Shown here piece by piece: positions 1 to 11,900 of a DNA stretch of 64,000 nucleotides. Source of the DNA: Auanema rhodensis (Eukaryota > Animalia > Nematoda). Position 1 is the stretch's first letter. The number at the start of each line of letters is the position of its first letter. The stretch spans positions 4,092,001 through 4,156,000 of the forward strand of contig OZ059894.1 of assembly GCA_964057225.1 (NCBI GenBank). The letters are read 5' to 3'. A program made the translations under genes and the position numbers. Below the pieces are notes generated by a model. It searched no databases and was not told where the DNA came from. It saw only the letters and a list, made by a program, of their open reading frames with translations.

Positions 1-49
1 CTGTGTTATCAGATTTGCGCTAGCTTAAAAATGCACCGAGATATCAACT

Positions 50-71
50 GATATAAGTTCACACTTATATC
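50..71. other. Inverted repeat B in the monomer (9-bp perfect stem, 4-nt loop); first copy shown
   Basis: gatataagt-tcac-acttatatc. Confidence 0.9.
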
Positions 72-173
72 CTCGATTTTCACCCTGAAGAAATAATTTT
101 TTCGTTGAATAACATTGTCCATCGTCTTTGCCTTGAAAAAAGGAATCTAAAAACATCTACTTTTTGCTAAATT

Positions 174-208
174 ATTTTGAAATTTTTCGAAAAAATTTTT
201 GTCAAAAT
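174..208. other. A/T-tract dyad C in the monomer, with core palindrome tttttcgaaaaa at 183-194; first copy shown
   Basis: attttga (174-180) and tcaaaat (202-208) are reverse complements and flank the 12-bp palindrome. Confidence 0.8.
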
Positions 209-221
209 GTTTTTGGAAGCA

Positions 222-249
222 ATGTTGAGTGTACATGGAAACTCAACAT
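222..249. other. Inverted repeat D in the monomer (9-bp perfect stem, 10-nt loop); first copy shown
   Basis: atgttgagt-gtacatggaa-actcaacat. Confidence 0.9.
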
Positions 250-332
250 ACACTAATGCATCATTTTTCAAACGATCATAACTAATTTTTGTATCAAGTG
301 TTTCTCAATGTAATATAGTGCATTCGATGCGG

Positions 333-383
333 ATTTTTAAGCTGCGTCGATCTGTGTTATCAGATTTGCGCTAGCTTAAAAAT
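333..383. other. Inverted repeat A, a 51-bp imperfect palindrome present once per period; first full copy shown
   Basis: atttttaagct (333-343) pairs with agcttaaaaat (373-383), with inner gcg/cgc and atctg/cagat around a tgttat loop. Confidence 0.9.
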
Positions 384-3300
384 GCACTGAGATATCAACT
401 GATATAAGTTCACACTTATATCCTCGATTTTCACCCTGAAGAATTAATTTTTTCGTTGAATAACATTGTCCATCGTCTTTGCCTTGAAAAATGGAATCTA
501 AAAACATCTACTTTTTGCTAAATTATTTTGAAATTTTTCGAAAAAATTTTTGTCAAAATGTTTTTGGAAGCAATGTTGAGTGTACATGGAAACTCAACAT
601 ACACTAATGCATCATTTTTCAAACGATCATAACTAAATTTTGTATTAAGCGTTTCTCAATGTAGTATAGTGCATTCGATGCGGATTTTTAAGCTGCGTCG
701 ATCTGTGTTATCAGATTTGCGCTAGCTTAAAAATGCACCGAGATATCAACTGATATAAGTTCACACTTATATCCTCGATGTTCACCCTGAAGAATTAATT
801 TTTTCGTTGAATAACATTGTCCATCGTCTTTGCCTTGAAAAATGAAATTTAAAAACATCTACTTTTTGCTAAATTATTTTGAAATTTTTCGAAAAAATTT
901 TTGTCAAAATGTTTTTGGAAGCAATGTTGAGTGTACATGGAAACTCAACATACACTAATGCATCATTTTTCAAACGATCATAACTAATTTTTGTATTAAG
1001 CGTTTCTCAATGTAGTATAGTGCATTCGATGCGGATTTTTAAGCTGCGTCGATCTGTGTTATCAGATTTGCGCTAGCTTAAAAATGCACCGAGATATCAA
1101 CTGATATAAGTTCACACTTACATCCTCGATTTTCACCCTGAAGAATTAATTTTTTCGTTGAATAACATTGTCCATCGTCTTTGCCTTGAAAAATGGAATC
1201 TAAAAACATCTACTTTTTGCTGAATTATCTTGAAATTTTTCGAAAAAATTTTTGTCAAAATGTTTTTGGAAGCAATGTTGAGTGTACATGGAAACTCAAC
1301 TTACACTAATGCATCATTTTTCAAACGATCATAACTAATTTTTGTATTAAGCGTTTCTCAATGTAGTATAGTGCATTCGATGCGGATGTTCAAGCTGCGT
1401 CGATCTGTGTTATCAGATTTGCGCTAGCTTAAAAATGCACCGAGATATCAACTTTTATAAGTTCACACTTATATCCTCGATTTTCACCCTGAAGAATTTA
1501 TTTTTTCGTTGAATAACATTGTCCATCGTCTTTGCCTTGAAAAATGGAATCTAAAAACATCTACTTTTTGCTGAATTATTTTGAAATTTTTCGAAAAAAT
1601 TTTTGTCAAAATGTTTTTGGAAGCAATGTTGAGTGTACATGGAAACTCAACATACACTAATGCATCATTTTTCAAACGATCATAACTAATTTTTGTATCA
1701 AGTGTTTCTCAATGTAGTATAGTGCATTCGATGCGGATTTTTAAGCTGCGTCGATCTGTGTTATCAGATTTGCGCTAGCTTAAAAATGCACCGAGATATC
1801 AACTGATATAAGTTCACACTTATATCCTCGATTTTCACCCTGAAGAATTAATTTTTTCGTTGAATAACATTGTCCATCGTCTTTGCCTTGAAAAATGGAA
1901 TCTAAAAACATCTACTTTTTGCTGAATTATCTTGAAATTTTTCGAAAAAATTTTTGTCAAAATGTTTTTGGAAGCAATGTTGAGTGTACATGGAAACTCA
2001 ACATACACTAATGCATCATTTTTCAAACGATCATAACTAATTTTTGTATCAAGTGTTTCTCAATGTAATATAGTGCATTCGATGCGGATTTTTAAGCTGC
2101 GTCGATCTGTGTTATCAGATTTGCGCTAGCTTAAAAATGCACCGAGATATCAACTGATATAAGTTCACACTTATATCCTCGATTTTCACCCTGAAGAATT
2201 AATTTTTTCGTTGAATAACATTGTCCATCGTCTTTGCCTTGAAAAATGGAATCTAAAAACATCTACTTTTTGCTAAATTATTTTGAAATTTTTCGAAAAA
2301 ATTTTTGTCAAAATGTTTTTGGAAGCAATGTTGAGTGTACATGGAAACTCAACATACACTAATGCATCATTTTTCAAACGATCATAACTAATTTTTGTAT
2401 TAAGCGTTTCTCAATGTAGTATAGTGCATTCGATGCGGATTTTTAAGCTGCGTCGATCTGTGTTATCAGATTTGCGCTAGCTTAAAAATGCACCGAGATA
2501 TCAACTGATATAAGTTCACACTTATATCCTCGATTTTCACCCTGAAGAAATAATTTTTTCGTTGAATAACATTGTCCATCGTCTTTGCCTTGAAAAAAGG
2601 AATCTAAAAACATCTACTTTTTGCTAAATTATTTTGAAATTTTTCGAAAAAATTTTTGTCAAAATGTTTTTGGAAGCAATGTTGAGTGTACATGGAAACT
2701 CAACATACACTAATGCATCATTTTTCAAACGATCATAACTAATTTTTGTATCAAGTGTTTCTCAATGTAATATAGTGCATTCGATGCGGATTTTTAAGCT
2801 GCGTCGATCTGTGTTATCAGATTTGCGCTAGCTTAAAAATGCACTGAGATATCAACTGATATAAGTTCACACTTATATCCTCGATTTTCACCCTGAAGAA
2901 TTAATTTTTTCGTTGAATAACATTGTCCATCGTCTTTGCCTTGAAAAATGGAATCTAAAAACATCTACTTTTTGCTAAATTATTTTGAAATTTTTCGAAA
3001 AAATTTTTGTCAAAATGTTTTTGGAAGCAATGTTGAGTGTACATGGAAACTCAACATACACTAATGCATCATTTTTCAAACGATCATAACTAATTTTTGT
3101 ATTAAGCGTTTCTCAATGTAGTATAGTGCATTCGATGCGGATTTTTAAGCTGCGTCGATCTGTGTTATCAGATTTGCGCTAGCTTAAAAATGCACTGAGA
3201 TATCAACTGATATAAGTTCACACTTATATCCTCGATTTTCACCCTGAAGAATTAATTTTTTCGTTGAATAACATTGTCCATCGTCTTTGCCTTGAAAAAT

Positions 3301-5967
3301 GGAATCTAAAAACATCTACTTTTTGCTAAATTATTTTGAAATTTTTCGAAAAAATTTTTGTCAAAATGTTTTTGGAAGCAATGTTGAGTGTACATGGAAA
3401 CTCAACATACACTAATGCATCATTTTTCAAACGATCATAACTAAATTTTGTATTAAGCGTTTCTCAATGTAGTATAGTGCATTCGATGCGGATTTTTAAG
3501 CTGCGTCGATCTGTGTTATCAGATTTGCGCTAGCTTAAAAATGCACCGAGATATCAACTGATATAAGTTCACACTTATATCCTCGATGTTCACCCTGAAG
3601 AATTAATTTTTTCGTTGAATAACATTGTCCATCGTCTTTGCCTTGAAAAATGAAATTTAAAAACATCTACTTTTTGCTAAATTATTTTGAAATTTTTCGA
3701 AAAAATTTTTGTCAAAATGTTTTTGGAAGCAATGTTGAGTGTACATGGAAACTCAACATACACTAATGCATCATTTTTCAAACGATCATAACTAATTTTT
3801 GTATTAAGCGTTTCTCAATGTAGTATAGTGCATTCGATGCGGATTTTTAAGCTGCGTCGATCTGTGTTATCAGATTTGCGCTAGCTTAAAAATGCACCGA
3901 GATATCAACTGATATAAGTTCACACTTACATCCTCGATTTTCACCCTGAAGAATTAATTTTTTCGTTGAATAACATTGTCCATCGTCTTTGCCTTGAAAA
4001 ATGGAATCTAAAAACATCTACTTTTTGCTGAATTATCTTGAAATTTTTCGAAAAAATTTTTGTCAAAATGTTTTTGGAAGCAATGTTGAGTGTACATGGA
4101 AACTCAACTTACACTAATGCATCATTTTTCAAACGATCATAACTAATTTTTGTATTAAGCGTTTCTCAATGTAGTATAGTGCATTCGATGCGGATGTTCA
4201 AGCTGCGTCGATCTGTGTTATCAGATTTGCGCTAGCTTAAAAATGCACCGAGATATCAACTTTTATAAGTTCACACTTATATCCTCGATTTTCACCCTGA
4301 AGAATTTATTTTTTCGTTGAATAACATTGTCCATCGTCTTTGCCTTGAAAAATGGAATCTAAAAACATCTACTTTTTGCTGAATTATTTTGAAATTTTTC
4401 GAAAAAATTTTTGTCAAAATGTTTTTGGAAGCAATGTTGAGTGTACATGGAAACTCAACATACACTAATGCATCATTTTTCAAACGATCATAACTAATTT
4501 TTGTATCAAGTGTTTCTCAATGTAGTATAGTGCATTCGATGCGGATTTTTAAGCTGCGTCGATCTGTGTTATCAGATTTGCGCTAGCTTAAAAATGCACC
4601 GAGATATCAACTGATATAAGTTCACACTTATATCCTCGATTTTCACCCTGAAGAATTAATTTTTTCGTTGAATAACATTGTCCATCGTCTTTGCCTTGAA
4701 AAATGGAATCTAAAAACATCTACTTTTTGCTGAATTATCTTGAAATTTTTCGAAAAAATTTTTGTCAAAATGTTTTTGGAAGCAATGTTGAGTGTACATG
4801 GAAACTCAACATACACTAATGCATCATTTTTCAAACGATCATAACTAATTTTTGTATCAAGTGTTTCTCAATGTAATATAGTGCATTCGATGCGGATTTT
4901 TAAGCTGCGTCGATCTGTGTTATCAGATTTGCGCTAGCTTAAAAATGCACCGAGATATCAACTGATATAAGTTCACACTTATATCCTCGATTTTCACCCT
5001 GAAGAATTAATTTTTTCGTTGAATAACATTGTCCATCGTCTTTGCCTTGAAAAATGGAATCTTAAAACATCTACTTTTTGCTAAATTATTTTGAAATTTT
5101 TCGAAAAAATTTTTGTCAAAATGTTTTTGGAAGCAATGTTGAGTGTACATGGAAACTCAACATACACTAATGCATCATTTTTCAAACGATCATAACTAAT
5201 TTTTGTATTAAGCGTTTCTCAATGTAGTATAGTGCATTCGATGCGGATTTTTAAGCTGCGTCGATCTGTGTTATCAGATTTGCGCTAGCTTAAAAATGCA
5301 CCGAGATATCAACTGATATAAGTTCACACTTATATCCTCGATTTTCACCCTGAAGAAATAATTTTTTCGTTGAATAACATTGTCCATCGTCTTTGCCTTG
5401 AAAAAAGGAATCTAAAAACATCTACTTTTTGCTAAATTATTTTGAAATTTTTCGAAAAAATTTTTGTCAAAATGTTTTTGGAAGCAATGTTGAGTGTACA
5501 TGGAAACTCAACATACACTAATGCATCATTTTTCAAACGATCATAACTAATTTTTGTATCAAGTGTTTCTCAATGTAATATAGTGCATTCGATGCGGATT
5601 TTTAAGCTGCGTCGATCTGTGTTATCAGATTTGCGCTAGCTTAAAAATGCACTGAGATATCAACTGATATAAGTTCACACTTATATCCTCGATTTTCACC
5701 CTGAAGAATTAATTTTTTCGTTGAATAACATTGTCCATCGTCTTTGCCTTGAAAAATGGAATCTAAAAACATCTACTTTTTGCTAAATTATTTTGAAATT
5801 TTTCGAAAAAATTTTTGTCAAAATGTTTTTGGAAGCAATGTTGAGTGTACATGGAAACTCAACATACACTAATGCATCATTTTTCAAACGATCATAACTA
5901 ATTTTTGTATTAAGCGTTTCTCAATGTAGTATAGTGCATTCGATGCGGATTTTTAAGCTGCGTCGAT
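352..5967 (+). repeat. 8-mer higher-order duplication (2808 bp x2; monomers 2-9 and 10-17)
   Basis: Private variants recur in order 2808 bp apart: actaaatttt; cgatgttc with tgaaatttaa; cacttacat with caacttaca and ggatgttcaag; gaatttattt. ORFs 1484/1835 recur at 4292/4643. Confidence 0.93.
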
Positions 5968-8900
5968 CTGTGTTATCAGATTTGCGCTAGCTTAAAAATG
6001 CACTGAGATATCAACTGATATAAGTTCACACTTATATCCTCGATTTTCACCCTGAAGAATTAATTTTTTCGTTGAATAACATTGTCCATCGTCTTTGCCT
6101 TGAAAAATGGAATCTAAAAACATCTACTTTTTGCTAAATTATTTTGAAATTTTTCGAAAAAATTTTTGTCAAAATGTTTTTGGAAGCAATGTTGAGTGTA
6201 CATGGAAACTCAACATACACTAATGCATCATTTTTCAAACGATCATAACTAATTTTTGTATTAAGCGTTTCTCAATGTAGTATAGTGCATTCGATGCGGA
6301 TTTTTAAGCTGCGTCGATCTGTGTTATCAGATTTGCGCTAGCTTAAAAATGCACCGAGATATCAACTGATATAAGTTCACACTTATATCCTCGATTTTCA
6401 CCCTGAAGAAATAATTTTTTCGTTGAATAACATTGTCCATCGTCTTTGCCTTGAAAAAAGGAATCTAAAAACATCTACTTTTTGCTAAATTATTTTGAAA
6501 TTTTTCGAAAAAATTTTTGTCAAAATGTTTTTGGAAGCAATGTTGAGTGTACATGGAAACTCAACATACACTAATGCATCATTTTTCAAACGATCATAAC
6601 TAATTTTTGTATCAAGTGTTTCTCAATGTAATATAGTGCATTCGATGCGGATTTTTAAGCTGCGTCGATCTGTGTTATCAGATTTGCGCTAGCTTAAAAA
6701 TGCACTGAGATATCAACTGATATAAGTTCACACTTATATCCTCGATTTTCACCCTGAAGAATTAATTTTTTCGTTGAATAACATTGTCCATCGTCTTTGC
6801 CTTGAAAAATGGAATCTAAAAACATCTACTTTTTGCTAAATTATTTTGAAATTTTTCGAAAAAATTTTTGTCAAAATGTTTTTGGAAGCAATGTTGAGTG
6901 TACATGGAAACTCAACATACACTAATGCATCATTTTTCAAACGATCATAACTAATTTTTGTATTAAGCGTTTCTCAATGTAGTATAGTGCATTCGATGCG
7001 GATTTTTAAGCTGCGTCGATCTGTGTTATCAGATTTGCGCTAGCTTAAAAATGCACTGAGATATCAACTGATATAAGTTCACACTTATATCCTCGATTTT
7101 CACCCTGAAGAATTAATTTTTTCGTTGAATAACATTGTCCATCGTCTTTGCCTTGAAAAATGGAATCTAAAAACATCTACTTTTTGCTAAATTATTTTGA
7201 AATTTTTCGAAAAAATTTTTGTCAAAATGTTTTTGGAAGCAATGTTGAGTGTACATGGAAACTCAACATACACTAATGCATCATTTTTCAAACGATCATA
7301 ACTAATTTTTGTATCAAGTGTTTCTCAATGTAATATAGTGCATTCGATGCGGATTTTTAAGCTGCGTCGATCTGTGTTATCAGATTTGCGCTAGCTTAAA
7401 AATGCACTGAGATATCAACTGATATAAGTTCACACTTATATCCTCGATTTTCACCCTGAAGAATTAATTTTTTCGTTGAATAACATTGTCCATCGTCTTT
7501 GCCTTGAAAAATGGAATCTAAAAACATCTACTTTTTGCTAAATTATTTTGAAATTTTTCGAAAAAATTTTTGTCAAAATGTTTTTGGAAGCAATGTTGAG
7601 TGTACATGGAAACTCAACATACACTAATGCATCATTTTTCAAACGATCATAACTAATTTCTGTATTAAGCGTTTCTCAATGTAGTATAGTGCATTCGATG
7701 CGGATTTTTAAGCTGCGTCGATCTGTGTTATCAGATTTGCGCTAGCTTAAAAATGCACCGAGATATCAACTGATATAAGTTCACACTTATATCCTCGATT
7801 TTCACCCTGAAGAAATAATTTTTTCGTTGAATAACATTGTCCATCGTCTTTGCCTTGAAAAAAGGAATCTAAAAACATCTACTTTTTGCTAAATTATTTT
7901 GAAATTTTTCGAAAAAATTTTTGTCAAAATGTTTTTGGAAGCAATGTTGAGTGTACATGGAAACTCAACATACACTAATGCATCATTTTTCAAACGATTA
8001 TAACTAATTTTTGTATCAAGCGTTTCTCAATGTAGTATAGTGCATTCGATGCGGATTTTCAAGCTGCATCGATCTGTGTTATCAGATTTGCGCTAGCTTA
8101 AAAATGCACCGAGATATCAACTGATATAAGTTCACACTTATATCCTCGATTTTCACCCTGAAGAATTAATTTTTTCGTTGAATAACATTGTCCATCGTCT
8201 TTGCCTTGAAAAATGGAATCTAAAAACATCTACTTTTTGCTAAATTATTTTGAAATTTTTCGAAAAAATTTTTGTCAAAATGTTTTTGGAAGCAATGTTG
8301 AGTGTACATGGAAACTCAACATACACTAATGCATCATTTTTCAAACAATCATAACTAATTTTTGTATTAAGCGTTTCTCAATGTAGTATAGTGCATTCGA
8401 TGCGGATTTTTAAGCTGCGTCGATCTGTGTTATCAGATTTGCGCTAGCTTAAAAATGCACCGAGATATAAACTGATATAAGTTCACACTTATATCCTCGA
8501 TTTTCACCCTGAAGAATTAATTTTTTCGTTGAATAACATTGTCCATCGTCTTTGCCTTGAAAAAAGGAATCTAAAAACATCTACTTTTTGCTAAATTATT
8601 TTGAAATTTTTCGAAAAAATTTTTGTCAAAATGTTTTTGGAAGCAATGTTGAGTGTACATGGAAACTCAACATACACTAATGCATCATTTTTCAAACAAT
8701 CATAACTAATTTTTGTATTAAGCGTTTCTCAATGTAGTATAGTGCATTCGATCCGGATTTTTAAGCTGCGTCGATCTGTGTTATCAGATTTGCGCTAGCT
8801 TAAAAATGCACCGAGATATCAACTGATATAAGTTCACACTTATATCCTCGATTTTCACCCTGAAGAATTAATTTTTTCGTTGAATAACATTGTCCATCGT

Positions 8901-11900
8901 CTTTGCCTTGAAAAATGGAATCTAAAAACATCTACTTTTTGCTAAATTATTTTGAAATTTTTCGAAAAAATTTTTGTCAAAATGTTTTTGGAAGCAATGT
9001 TGAGTGTACATGGAAACTCAACATACACTAATGCATCATTTTTCAAACGATCATAACTAATTTTTGTATCAAGCGTTTCTTAATGTAGTATAGTGCATTC
9101 GATCCGGATTTTTAAGCTGCGTCGATCTGTGTTATCAGATTTGCGCTAGCTTAAAAATGCACCGAGATATCAACTGATATAAGTTCACACTTATATCCTC
9201 GATTTTCACCCTGAAGAATTAATTTTTTCGTTGAATAACATTGTCCATCGTCTTTGCCTTGAAAAATGGAATCTAAAAACATCTACTTTTTGCTAAATTA
9301 TTTTGAAATTTTTCGAAAAAATTTTTGTCAAAATGTTTTTGGAAGCAATGTTGAGTGTACATGGAAACTCAACATACACTAATGCATCATTTTTCAAACG
9401 ATCATAACTAATTTTTGTATTAAGCGTTTCTCAATGTAGTATAGTGCATTCGATGCGGATTTTTAAGCTGCGTCGATCTGTGTTATCAGATTTGCGCTAG
9501 CTTAAAAATGCACCGAGATATCAACTGATATAAGTTCACACTTATATCCTCGATTTTCACCCTGAAGAAATAATTTTTTCGTTGAATAACATTGTCCATC
9601 GTCTTTGCCTTGAAAAAAGGAATCTAAAAACATCTACTTTTTGCTAAATTATTTTGAAATTTTTCGAAAAAATTTTTGTCAAAATGTTTTTGGAAGCAAT
9701 GTTGAGTGTACATGGAAACTCAACATACACTAATGCATCATTTTTCAAACGATTATAACTAATTTTTGTATCAAGCGTTTCTCAATGTAGTATAGTGCAT
9801 TCGATGCGGATTTTTAAGCTGCGTCGATCTGTGTTATCAGATTTGCGCTAGCTTAAAAATGCACCGAGATATCAACTGATATAAGTTCACACTTATATCC
9901 TCGATTTTCACCCTGAAGAATTAATTTTTTCGTTGAATAACATTGTCCATCGTCTTTGCCTTGAAAAATGGAATCTAAAAACATCTACTTTTTGCTAAAT
10001 TATTTTGAAATTTTTCGAAAAAATTTTTGTCAAAATGTTTTTGGAAGCAATGTTGAGTGTACATGGAAACTCAACATACACTAATGCATCATTTTTCAAA
10101 CAATCATAACTAATTTTTGTATTAAGCGTTTCTCAATGTAGTATAGTGCATTCGATGCGGATTTTTAAGCTGCGTCGATCTGTGTTATCAGATTTGCGCT
10201 AGCTTAAAAATGCACCGAGATATCAACTGATATAAGTTCACACTTATATCCTCGATTTTCACCCTGAAGAATTAATTTTTTCGTTGAATAACATTGTCCA
10301 TCGTCTTTGCCTTGAAAAATGGAATCTAAAAACATCTACTTTTTGCTAAATTATTTTGAAATTTTTCGAAAAAATTTTTGTCAAAATGTTTTTGGAAGCA
10401 ATGTTGAGTGTACATGGAAACTCAACATACACTAATGCATCATTTTTCAAACGATCATAACTAATTTTTGTATCAAGCGTTTCTTAATGTAGTATAGTGC
10501 ATTCGATCCGGATTTTTAAGCTGCGTCGATCTGTGTTATCAGATTTGCGCTAGCTTAAAAATGCACCGAGATATCAACTGAGATAAGTTCACACTTATAT
10601 CCTCGATTTTCACCCTGAAGAATTAATTTTTTCGTTGAATAACATTGTCCATCGTCTTTGCCTTGAAAAATGGAATCTAAAAACATCTACTTTTTGCTAA
10701 ATTATTTTGAAATTTTTCGAAAAAATTTTTGTCAAAATGTTTTTGGAAGCAATGTTGAGTGTACATGGAAACTCAACATACACTAATGCATCATTTTTCA
10801 AACGATCATGACTAATTTTTGTATCAAGCGTTTCTTAATGTAGTATAGTGCATTCGATCCGGATTTTTAAGCTGCGTCGATCTGTGTTATCAGATTTGCG
10901 CTAGCTTAAAAATGCACCGAGATATCAACTGATATAAGTTCACACTTATATCCTCGATTTTCACCCTGAAGAATTAATTTTTTCGTTGAATAACATTGTC
11001 CATCGTCTTTGCCTTGAAAAATGGAATCTAAAAACATCTACTTTTTGCTGAATTATCTTGAAATTTTTCGAAAAAATTTTTGTCAAAATGTTTTTGGAAG
11101 CAATGTTGAGTGTACATGGAAACTCAACATACACTAATGCATCATTTTTCAAACGATCATAACTAATTTTTGTATCAAGTGTTTCTCAATGTAATATAGT
11201 GCATTCGATGCGGATTTTTAAGCTGCGTCGATCTGTGTTATCAGATTTGCGCTAGCTTAAAAATGCACCGAGATATCAACTGATATAAGTTCACACTTAT
11301 ATCCTCGATTTTCACCCTGAAGAATTAATTTTTTCGTTGAATAACATTGTCCATCGTCTTTGCCTTGAAAAATGGAATCTAAAAACATCTACTTTTTGCT
11401 AAATTATTTTGAAATTTTTCGAAAAAATTTTTGTCAAAATGTTTTTGGAAGCAATGTTGAGTGTACATGGAAACTCAACATACACTAATGCATCATTTTT
11501 CAAACGATCATAACTAATTTTTGTATTAAGCGTTTCTCAATGTAGTATAGTGCATTCGATGCGGATTTTTAAGCTGCGTCGATCTGTGTTATCAGATTTG
11601 CGCTAGCTTAAAAATGCACCGAGATATCAACTGATATAAGTTCACACTTATATCCTCGATTTTCACCCTGAAGAAATAATTTTTTCGTTGAATAACATTG
11701 TCCATCGTCTTTGCCTTGAAAAAAGGAATCTAAAAACATCTACTTTTTGCTAAATTATTTTGAAATTTTTCGAAAAAATTTTTGTCAAAATGTTTTTGGA
11801 AGCAATGTTGAGTGTACATGGAAACTCAACATACACTAATGCATCATTTTTCAAACGATTATAACTAATTTTTGTATCAAGCGTTTCTCAATGTAGTATA

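Noticed and set aside
100-116. CENP-B-box-like tttcgttgaataacatt
   Set aside because: It has TTCG and the central A but lacks the essential CGGG. The resemblance is only partial.
1-351. Tandem 5S rRNA, tRNA, snRNA or spliced-leader gene unit
   Set aside because: I saw no recognisable Pol III A/B/C boxes, cloverleaf or conserved RNA sequence. An Infernal/Rfam scan would be decisive.
1-351. Monomer as an ancient dimer of two ~175-bp (or three 117-bp) subunits
   Set aside because: No convincing internal direct similarity by eye beyond A/T tracts. A self-alignment is needed.
333-383. Rho-independent terminator or Helitron 3' end (hairpin plus ctag)
   Set aside because: There is no gene context, and the ctag lies inside the hairpin arm rather than downstream of it. 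No element boundaries exist in the window.
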